Positions 20,450-28,156 of a stretch of 64,000 nucleotides of DNA are shown here, piece after piece; within the stretch, counting starts at the first letter, position 1; the number at the start of each line of letters is the position of its first letter. The stretch comes from Verrucomicrobiota bacterium (GTDB lineage Bacteria > Verrucomicrobiota > Verrucomicrobiia > Opitutales > Seribacteraceae): NCBI GenBank assembly GCA_027622665.1, contig JAQBYT010000009.1, forward strand, positions 32,001 to 96,000. Reading direction: 5' to 3'. Made by a program: the position numbers and the translations under genes. Under the pieces are notes generated by a model. The model saw only the letters and a program-made list of their open reading frames with translations, was not told where the DNA came from and did not search any database.

Positions 20450-21385
20450 ATGATCGCCAAACTTCCTCGTTGTGAAATCGTTCCTTTGCCTGATGACCGG
20501 ACTTCTTTTCGGGTGGATGGTCTTGAGAGGACAATGTGGCATTTCGACCCGAAGTACGAAAGGCCTTTCTTTTTTCCTTTTAACGGACCTTCGGGTGCGT
20601 CGCTCACGCGAATGGGGCATCCCGGAGCACAAAACCATGATCACCACCGCTCGCTTTGGTTTGCTCATGCCGATGTCGGCGGATTTGACTTCTGGTCGAA
20701 TCAAAGCAAGTCCGGCATCCGGCAGAAGAACTGGTTGGTCTTCGATGATGGGGCCGACGAAGCGATCATGGCGAGTGCGCTCGGTTGGTTCGATGACCAA
20801 GGCCGTGAGTTGATGGAGCAGGAACTTGTGGTGAGCCTGAAACCCTTGAAGGATGGCGAGCATTTATTCGAGTTGCAGGCTACCTTTAGGCCGAAGGGAG
20901 AGAAGCTGACATTAGGAAAAACCAATTTCGGTTTTCTCGCAGTTCGCGTAGCAAAGAGCATTGCGGCTTACTGGGGTGGAGGCGAGCTAACGAATTCCGA
21001 GGGTCTTCGTGGCGAGAAGATGATTTTCGGTCAGGCTGCGCGATGGATGGACTACAGCGGTCCGGTACCTGAGGGCCAGGGGGCGACTAGGAAGACCGTC
21101 AAGGAGGGAATAACTTATTTCGACCATTCCTCGAATCCTCGCCATCCTGTTCATTGGCATGTGCGGGAGGATGGCTGGATGGGCGCATCCTTCTGCATGC
21201 TTGAGTCATATGTCATCGAACGGGAACAGCCACTCGTCCTTCGCTATTTGCTCCATGCACACTCTGGGAACGTTTTGCAAAGTCGAGCCGATGCCCTTCA
21301 CGAGACCTTTGTTAAAAGTAAAGGCTTCCGTGTCTTCAAATCTAAAAAGCCCCATCGTCAAGTCGAGGTGGAGCGGTTCGGTTAG
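20450..21385 (+). CDS. PmoA-family (DUF6807-like) protein
   Basis: RPFFFP, HDHHRSLWFAH, GFLAVRV, WMDYSG, DHSSNP, WHVREDG. Confidence 0.8.
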   Translation: MIAKLPRCEIVPLPDDRTSFRVDGLERTMWHFDPKYERPFFFPFNGPSGASLTRMGHPGAQNHDHHRSLWFAHADVGGFDFWSNQSKSGIRQKNWLVFDDGADEAIMASALGWFDDQGRELMEQELVVSLKPLKDGEHLFELQATFRPKGEKLTLGKTNFGFLAVRVAKSIAAYWGGGELTNSEGLRGEKMIFGQAARWMDYSGPVPEGQGATRKTVKEGITYFDHSSNPRHPVHWHVREDGWMGASFCMLESYVIEREQPLVLRYLLHAHSGNVLQSRADALHETFVKSKGFRVFKSKKPHRQVEVERFG

Positions 21386-21400
21386 GGAAGACCAACCACC

Positions 21401-22816
21401 TTAGACCGACCTGGCTTGTTCCTCTCCTTCGTCCGGAGAGTCACCGGGTTCCTCAAGGATGCTTGGGAGTGGAGCCGATTCCGAATCACCTTCCGCGAGG
21501 GCAGCTTGGAAGGTTGCGGGAATTTCTTTTTTTGAGGTGATGCCTAGTTTTTTGAGTTCCTCGGTGCGTCGAAGGATGTTTCCTTTTCCCTCGGATAGTT
21601 TGTTGAGGGCTGCCTCGTGGGCTCCGGAGGCTTTGGCGAGAGCCTTTCCGATATCTTCGACGTCCTGCAGGAAATTAGCGAACTTATCGTAGAGAGCACC
21701 GGCTTTTTCGGCAATTTTCTTGGCGTTCAAGTTTTGCTTTTCAAGTCGCCAAACATTGGCAACTGTCCGGATGGTGGCCATTAGCGTGCTGGTGGTGACG
21801 GGTACGATTCCTTTTCGAAACGCGTATTCATAAAGCTCGGAGTCGGCCCTTATCGCAGTCCCGAAGGCGGGTTCGATGGGGAAGAACATGAGGACGTAGT
21901 CGAGGCTGGTGATCCCCTCGATGGATTGGTAGTCCTTGGCTGCGAGTTCGTCGATATGGTTGCGGACGGAGCGGAGGTGTTCCTTGAGGGCGGTATCGCG
22001 GTCGACTCCTTCGTCTAACGAGCACCATCTCTCGTAGGCGGTGAGAGACATCTTTGAGTCCACTATGATCTGGCGGTTCTCGGGAAGACGAATGATGGCG
22101 TCGGGGCGTTTTCGGTCGAAGGTTTCCTGCATGGTGAACTCGCGACCCTTCTCCAAGCCCGAGGCTTCAAGGGTGCGCTCTAGGATTAATTCTCCCCAAT
22201 CGCCCTGCTTCTTGGAATCTCCCTTGAGAGCATTGGTCAGGTTTTCGGCGTTTCCGCTAAGTTGCGTCTGAGCTTTGACAATCATCTCGAGGTGTTCGCG
22301 AAGGGCTGCTCGTTCGCGGTTGTCTTGACCGTAGAATTTGTCCACCTGTTCTTGGAATTCCTTGATCTTGACGCCCAAGGGGTCGAGTACTTGTTTGAGG
22401 TTTTCCTTGTTGGTCGCGGTGAACTTTTCGGTCTTGGCGTCGAGCACCTTGTTTGCGAGGTTTTCGAACTGTTCTCGGAGTCTCTTTTCACCTTGCTCCA
22501 GATCTTCCGTTTGCTTGGACAATCGTTCTGTCAGATGCTCGTTTTTGGTGCGTGTTTCGGCCAAGGAAGTCTGAGATTCCATTAAGTTTTGATTGATGGC
22601 GTTTTCCTGTTCGCGCGTTTCCGCGAGTGTTGCCTTGAGCATTTGGATCTCGGTGGCCATCGCTTGAGCCGAAGCCCCGGCATAAATAATTTTTTCACGC
22701 AATTCCTTTTCCTCTTCTCGTGAAAGTCCTTGCTTCCCTTTTGCCCATAGAAAAACGATGAGTCCGCCAATTAGAAAGCAGGTAAAAAGAGAGAGTACCA
22801 AGTAAAACGGTTCCAT
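21401..22816 (-). CDS. rmuC: DNA recombination protein RmuC
   Basis: N-terminal TM, coiled coil, GDWGELILE..LE.SGL, RPDAIIRLP, IVDSKMSL, DYVLMFFPIE. Confidence 0.95.
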   Translation of the reverse strand: MEPFYLVLSLFTCFLIGGLIVFLWAKGKQGLSREEEKELREKIIYAGASAQAMATEIQMLKATLAETREQENAINQNLMESQTSLAETRTKNEHLTERLSKQTEDLEQGEKRLREQFENLANKVLDAKTEKFTATNKENLKQVLDPLGVKIKEFQEQVDKFYGQDNRERAALREHLEMIVKAQTQLSGNAENLTNALKGDSKKQGDWGELILERTLEASGLEKGREFTMQETFDRKRPDAIIRLPENRQIIVDSKMSLTAYERWCSLDEGVDRDTALKEHLRSVRNHIDELAAKDYQSIEGITSLDYVLMFFPIEPAFGTAIRADSELYEYAFRKGIVPVTTSTLMATIRTVANVWRLEKQNLNAKKIAEKAGALYDKFANFLQDVEDIGKALAKASGAHEAALNKLSEGKGNILRRTEELKKLGITSKKEIPATFQAALAEGDSESAPLPSILEEPGDSPDEGEEQARSV

Positions 22817-22942
22817 ATAGTTAACGCTGGTAAATTGCCTTGCCTCCCGAGTTAAGTCAAGGAGACCGAGCGAATTGTCCTTTGACGAATGTTTTTTCTT
22901 TATGATTGTGGAACTTCACACTGTCGTTATTTCAAGTTTTCA

Positions 22943-23305
22943 ATGAATGGAATAATGACTGCCAAGTGGAAGATTCTCTTTCTGGCCTATTGCGGGACAA
23001 TTCTTTATCTTTCGAGCCTCTCTCCCAATGAATTGCCTGAAGGACCTGCTCTCGTTTCGGATAAAGTGCTTCACCTTTGTGAATATGGTTTGTTTGGAAT
23101 TCTGTCTTGGGGGGCCTTTGCCGTCCGCAAAGGAGTTTTCCCTTGGGGATTGGTTGTGCTCGGAGCATGGTTCGGCATCATGGACGAGTGCTGGCAAGAC
23201 TGGATTGGGAAATCCCGTTCAGCCGAGGTCTGGGACGCGGCTGCCGATGCCGCGGGCAGCCTGTTGGGCGTTACGGTAGCCCAGTTGTTTTGGATTAAGC
23301 GCTAG
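22943..23305 (+). CDS. VanZ-family membrane protein
   Basis: DKVLHLCEYG, DECWQ, RSAEVWDAAAD. Confidence 0.85.
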   Translation: MNGIMTAKWKILFLAYCGTILYLSSLSPNELPEGPALVSDKVLHLCEYGLFGILSWGAFAVRKGVFPWGLVVLGAWFGIMDECWQDWIGKSRSAEVWDAAADAAGSLLGVTVAQLFWIKR

Positions 23306-23326
23306 AGCGTCGGGAAGTGAGGACCC

Positions 23327-24766
23327 TCAAGGCAACGAGGCCTTCTCGTCGGTTGCGTTGAATTCCACGGCGGCTTGCGGAGCAGGCATGGAGCAGGTGA
23401 TTGTTTCCGTCCAGACGGAAGGCAATTGAGTCGCGTCACCTTCTGATCCTAGCGTACGGATGCGCAAGTAATAAGTTTTGCCGAGTTCTCTTGCAGTGAA
23501 GTCTCCTGTAAGGACTTCGTGATTTTCGATCCGTTGATCCATACCTGAAGTAAAGTTCCCGTCCTCGGCGATTTCGATTTCGTAGCGCAAGGTCTCGTTC
23601 TCGTTCTCGGGGGGTTGCCAAGTTGCGGTAAGCATGGTCGGTTCATCACGCGAGATGGCAAGCGTAGGATTGAGAGGCGAATCCAATGAGGTGACAGGCA
23701 TATCGAAAAGCAAGGAAGTTATCTGGCTCTCGATATCTTTGATGTTCCCATCCTTGGGAACAACTTTAAGTTCAAAATTGAAGCTTCCGTAAGCCTTGGA
23801 GTCATCCAACACGCGAAATGGGGCGGTGATCTGAAAGTCGCCGTAAAGTTCGCTTTTCGCTTCGCCGATATAGACTCTTAAGAAATATTCAATGGGCCCG
23901 AGGTTATTGGTGATTGGATTCCATGACACGCGAACATCCTGACCCGCGATTGATGCGGCAAGGTTTTCGGGGGAGTCTAGTTCATTGCCCGGGACTCGAA
24001 ACTGGGTTACGAAGGGGGTGGACGCTATGTCCTCGACATTGTCGGCTGCGGGTCCGTAACGGAAGCGCAACCAGTATGTTTTTTCGCTGATAAGAGGAAA
24101 GTCATTAAAAGACGTTTCACGTGTAACCAGTTCTTTGATTAGAATCTTGGTTTCAAAGTCTTCATAGATTTGAAGGCTGTAATCGATGAGTCCGGAAGAC
24201 TTTACTTTCGGCCATTCAAATGAGACTGAACCGAAGTCGGGCTTTATGATGATACCTCCGTACGATCCTGCATCTAAGTTTGTGGCGAGCGAAATGACAA
24301 GGGGTTGGCTAGGCAGATAACGATCATCCTCTGTCGCCGGCATAGCCGAGATTCGGACATAGTGCACTGTTGCTGGAGCAAGGCCTTCAAAGAAGGCGAT
24401 GTATTCGTCGACATATGTCTTTGAGAAAAGAATCTTTTCAAAGTCGGCATCGGTGGAGAGTTCGAGTTTGAAGACCGGCCCCGGGATTTTACCATCCACC
24501 CAGTTCTCGGGATCAAGCCAAGTAACGCCGAAGGAAGTGGAGTTGAGGTCGTTGATGTCGGCCATGGGTATATCCAACGGTCCGCCCGATCCATCCATCG
24601 GTCCCGGGGGGAGTCCTTCTTGGCCCGAACCTTTTCCTTCTGCGAACTCTTTACCTTGAGTGGTTTTATCGTTGCTTTGTCCGTCCGGCAAGTCTTCGGG
24701 ATCGGACGAACAAGCCCCTAAAGCGAATATTAGTATGGGCATTAGGATCAACGCGGGCGTCTTCAT
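23327..24766 (-). CDS. Lipoprotein with about four fibronectin type III-like repeats
   Basis: Lipobox LGAC; repeated W...Y.LEI...YYLRIR strand patterns; acidic composition. Confidence 0.75.
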   Translation of the reverse strand: MKTPALILMPILIFALGACSSDPEDLPDGQSNDKTTQGKEFAEGKGSGQEGLPPGPMDGSGGPLDIPMADINDLNSTSFGVTWLDPENWVDGKIPGPVFKLELSTDADFEKILFSKTYVDEYIAFFEGLAPATVHYVRISAMPATEDDRYLPSQPLVISLATNLDAGSYGGIIIKPDFGSVSFEWPKVKSSGLIDYSLQIYEDFETKILIKELVTRETSFNDFPLISEKTYWLRFRYGPAADNVEDIASTPFVTQFRVPGNELDSPENLAASIAGQDVRVSWNPITNNLGPIEYFLRVYIGEAKSELYGDFQITAPFRVLDDSKAYGSFNFELKVVPKDGNIKDIESQITSLLFDMPVTSLDSPLNPTLAISRDEPTMLTATWQPPENENETLRYEIEIAEDGNFTSGMDQRIENHEVLTGDFTARELGKTYYLRIRTLGSEGDATQLPSVWTETITCSMPAPQAAVEFNATDEKASLP

Positions 24767-24879
24767 GCTTTGATTGGAAGCGCAGAACGGGCATTTGTCC
24801 AGAATCTTATGTTTCTCATCTCATCGGCATGCTGTTTATCCCTTGCCTAGGGCTTGCTAGTTCTTTGATGGTGTCGTTC

Positions 24880-25839
24880 ATGAAATTAACTGGTCGACAA
24901 TCCTTCTCTCTAGACAACCAAATCAGTCTTAACCGCCGCGGCATGCTCAAAGGTGCGGTCGGCGTTTTGGCGGGAAGTCTTGCTTCCGCAGGCACTGTTA
25001 ATAGTGCTCCTCGAGACGTCAAGAAACGTAAAGCCAAAGCGATCGGGGTAAAGAAGGGTCGCATCAATCAGTCCGTTGTTTCGTGGTGCTTCGCCAAGCA
25101 CTGGAGTACTGAGGAAATGTGTTCGGTGGCCAACAAGCTTGGTTGCAAAAGTATTGAGTTGATCGAACCCGAGCATTGGCCGGTTCTCAAAAAGCATGGC
25201 TTGACTTGCGCCATATCTCCTATCCTGGTGGAAGGTCCCCCCTTCATCAAGGGGTTCAACAATCCAAAGTACCACGCCATGGTTATCGAGGCGACTCGGA
25301 AGGCCATTGATGCCTCCGCCGACTTCGGTTGTCCCAACGTTATCTCCTTCACTGGTTACGCCGAGGACGTTTCCTCTGCGTCCGGCGCTAAGAATTGTGT
25401 CGAGGGTTACAAAAAAATCATCGGTCATGCTGAGAAAAAAGGAGTTACCCTATGCCTCGAGATGCTAAACACTCGCGACGATTCCGATCCGAACAAGGGG
25501 CACCCCGGTTATCAGGGGGATCACGTCGATTATTGTATGGATATCATCAAGCAGGTGGGGTCTCCCAGACTCAAGCTTCTCTTTGATATTTATCACGTGC
25601 AGATTATGGACGGAGACGTTATTCGGCGCATTCATGAGTGCGGAGAGCACATCGGTCACGTCCACACGGCGGGCAATCCCGGACGCGGGGAACTGGATGA
25701 CAAGCAGGAGATCAACTACCCGCCAATCATGAAGGCGCTTCTGGAGATCAAGTACAAGGGTTTCGTCGGTCAGGAGTTCATTCCCACCCGAGAACCTTTT
25801 AAGGGTCTCTCTCAAGCCGTTTCTCTCTGCGACGTGTAG
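24880..25839 (+). CDS. Tat-exported hydroxypyruvate isomerase-family TIM-barrel protein
   Basis: NRRGMLK, LEMLN, LFDIYHVQIMDGD, HVHTAGNPGRGE, GQEF. Confidence 0.9.
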   Translation: MKLTGRQSFSLDNQISLNRRGMLKGAVGVLAGSLASAGTVNSAPRDVKKRKAKAIGVKKGRINQSVVSWCFAKHWSTEEMCSVANKLGCKSIELIEPEHWPVLKKHGLTCAISPILVEGPPFIKGFNNPKYHAMVIEATRKAIDASADFGCPNVISFTGYAEDVSSASGAKNCVEGYKKIIGHAEKKGVTLCLEMLNTRDDSDPNKGHPGYQGDHVDYCMDIIKQVGSPRLKLLFDIYHVQIMDGDVIRRIHECGEHIGHVHTAGNPGRGELDDKQEINYPPIMKALLEIKYKGFVGQEFIPTREPFKGLSQAVSLCDV

Positions 25840-25909
25840 CGGTTCTCCCTTTGGGATTGCTTCGTGGCGCGGTTTTAACTACGCCTCGTTTCCGAAGAGT
25901 TTCAGGAAA

Positions 25910-26884
25910 ATGGGGGGGATGCAATTCATTGATTTGTTCTGTGGCGTAGGTGGTTTCCGCTGGGCTTTGGATGCACTCGGTCATAAATGTGTCTTTTCTT
26001 CAGACATCGATCCTCACGCCCAAGAAACCTATGCCCTTAATTTTGGAGAAAAGCCATTCGGCGACATTACTTGCATCGATCCTTCCGATATACCGGGTCA
26101 CGACGTCGTATGCGGAGGTTTTCCTTGCCAACCCTTCAGTATCTCAGGGAAACAACTAGGTTTCGAGGATGCTCGAGGCACCCTCCTTTATCATATTCTT
26201 CGGATAGCCGAGCGGCATCAACCCAAGGTTCTCTTTCTAGAGAACGTAAAGAATTATCGTGGTCACAACGGCGGACGCACTCTTGCGACGACCTTGCAGT
26301 TGCTCGATCGAGTCGGTTACCACTGCCATCACTCCCTCCTCAACGCTTCGAGTTATGGTGTACCTCAAAAGCGAGAGCGGTTGTACTTCGTCTGTTTTCG
26401 AAAAGATCTTGGACTTTCCGAGTTTTCTTTTCCCGAACCTACGAAAGAGGACGTCGCCGTCGAGGACGTCCTCCTCCCTTCGAGCGATCCCCGGCTGGAG
26501 AAACTTTTCGTTCGTCGCCCCGACACGTTTATTTCCACGGACCTTCCGGTGGGACGCGACTTGCGACCCCTGCGGGTCGGCACTATCGGAAAGGGAGGTC
26601 AAGGTGAGCGAATCTATAGCGTCAAGGGTCATGCCATAACCCTGTCTGCCTTTGGAGGTGGCGTTGGAGCCAAAACCGGAATGTATCTCGTTGACGGTCA
26701 TCCTCGCCGTCTTCATCCCGAGGAATGCCGACGCGTCATGAGCTTTCCCGAAGGCTTCAAGCTCCATCCCAATCGGAATGTGAGCTACAAGCAGTTCGGC
26801 AATTCGGTCGCGGTCAAGGTGGTGCGATTGATCTTCGAACAAGTTGAAAGTCTTTTACGTGGCAAGAAGCGTTTGACCGCTTGA
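25910..26884 (+). CDS. DNA (cytosine-5)-methyltransferase, M.HhaI-like (predicted GCGC)
   Basis: Motif I FCGVGG, IV GFPCQ, VI ENV, VIII QKRER, X QFGNSV; target-recognition loops GKGGQGERIYS and TLSAFGGG. The start may be 25919. Confidence 0.95.
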   Translation: MGGMQFIDLFCGVGGFRWALDALGHKCVFSSDIDPHAQETYALNFGEKPFGDITCIDPSDIPGHDVVCGGFPCQPFSISGKQLGFEDARGTLLYHILRIAERHQPKVLFLENVKNYRGHNGGRTLATTLQLLDRVGYHCHHSLLNASSYGVPQKRERLYFVCFRKDLGLSEFSFPEPTKEDVAVEDVLLPSSDPRLEKLFVRRPDTFISTDLPVGRDLRPLRVGTIGKGGQGERIYSVKGHAITLSAFGGGVGAKTGMYLVDGHPRRLHPEECRRVMSFPEGFKLHPNRNVSYKQFGNSVAVKVVRLIFEQVESLLRGKKRLTA

Positions 26885-27444
26885 TAAGTCTGGGAATCTA
26901 ATGCGTTCACTGGTTTCCTTTTATCCGATGCAAGCAGTTCGGTTCGATCACCTTTATCTTTTCGCTTCCTTTTCCGACTTAATACCTGTTCCATGATCTG
27001 GTAGAATGACCAGCATGTCAGATTTCGATGCCCCGAAAAAGCCCGCATGGGCTTGTGCTCTTGTGCCCGTGCTCCTTGAATCGACGTCAGCGGGACTTTA
27101 TTGGTTCCTCTCTGCAAGAGGAGAGGGCGGGGGAGGTGATCCACCCGTAGATGGCTTTGGCTAAGACCTGGTTCATTCCTCACACGCAAAGGCGCCAAGC
27201 ACTGGGTCCCCGGCGAAGTCATCGTTCTAGCAATGACATCATAGACCCCACATCTCACCATCCTTTGGCGATAAGGTTCTCCAAGTATTGAAACGACAAT
27301 ATTAGCTTGCGACGCTTTTGGAAATGTCGGTTTGGCTTTCATATATTAATGTCTTCACTTCAAACATTAGCTAGCTAACTTTAAAATCGGATTGCTTCCC
27401 CAATTCCTTTCCCGTAGTTGAATACATCTTGCTTTAAGGTTTCA

Positions 27445-27537
27445 GGAGAGATGGCAGAGTGGTCGAATGCGCTGGTTTGCTAAACCGGTGAAGGGCTAAT
27501 CGTCCTTCCACGGGTTCGAATCCCGTTCTCTCCGCCA
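27445..27537 (+). tRNA. tRNA-Ser (anticodon GCT)
   Basis: Acceptor stem GGAGAGA/TCTCTCC, discriminator G plus CCA, anticodon loop TTGCTAA, long variable arm, T-loop GGTTCGAATCC. Confidence 0.97.
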
Positions 27538-27545
27538 TTTTAAGT
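27510..27545 (+). repeat. attL-like 36 bp direct repeat (tRNA-Ser 3' end)
   Basis: ACGGGTTCGAATCCCGTTCTCTCCGCCATTTTAAGT, identical to 31471-31506. Confidence 0.95.
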
Positions 27546-27549
27546 AGTT

Positions 27550-27576
27550 AAGTCCCAGTAGTTTGGGACTTTTCTT
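27550..27576 (+). terminator. Intrinsic terminator after tRNA-Ser
   Basis: AAGTCCCA-gtagtt-TGGGACTT followed by a T-rich tract. Confidence 0.75.
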
Positions 27577-27590
27577 TGTGTCCTGTCCTG

Positions 27591-27732
27591 TACTCAAGCA
27601 GTGGAATCCACCAGACCCGCGACGTCGGACAATACGCGGCCAACCCGTGGGGCTTCTTCGACATGCACGGAAACGTCTGGGAATGGTGTGCGGACTGGTA
27701 CGGAAATTACCCAACTGGTGCAGTGCGCGACC
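27591..27732 (+). pseudogene. Internal fragment of an FGE-sulfatase (SUMF1-like) domain gene
   Basis: Translates as [47 protein letters not shown]; both ends of the domain are missing. Confidence 0.85.
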
Positions 27733-27950
27733 TTTTCGGCACCGATTACGCCGGCGGCCAGGTGGCGGACGACCTTACCCTTTGAATCAAGTATGGCTAC
27801 TTCTACATCTGTCTTGGCACTAACGGCAAAGGTGATCTTGACTTTGCCGCCGGCCGTGACGGTCGAGGGCTTGGTCGCGAACTTGACTTCGCCGCCTAAT
27901 GCCACTGAACAAATTTGGGTAAGCAGAACGAGGTAGAGGATATTCTCCTC
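27733..27950 (-). pseudogene. N-terminal fragment of a secreted protein (signal peptide plus Ig/FlgD-like module)
   Basis: [67 protein letters not shown], then an abrupt junction with the FGE fragment. Confidence 0.65.
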
Positions 27951-28156
27951 AAGGGATGTAATGTATTGGGTGGTCACTCCGGGCGAAGCCACGTACGCAC
28001 GATGAACCGAACAATCGGCAGGTGACTGATAGGGAACTTGATTCCGCGTGACCGTGCGTCGGCCCGGGCGTGAGGGGTTTAATGTTGATTCGCATAGGAG
28101 GCAGATCCTGGGCACAAGAAGACTCGGCTGACAGACTTCATAATGCAACTTTTCAT

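Noticed and set aside
20450..21385. Methane monooxygenase
   Set aside because: Soluble protein of the misleadingly named PmoA family; no TM helices and no pmoB/pmoC.
22943..23305. Glycopeptide resistance locus
   Set aside because: Lone VanZ-family gene without vanHAX or regulators.
27445..27537. Selenocysteine or suppressor tRNA that could explain the TGA at 19648
   Set aside because: The anticodon is GCT with a 7 bp acceptor stem, an ordinary tRNA-Ser.
28004..28090. Second attC site (ACCGAAC...GTT)
   Set aside because: No convincing internal palindrome.
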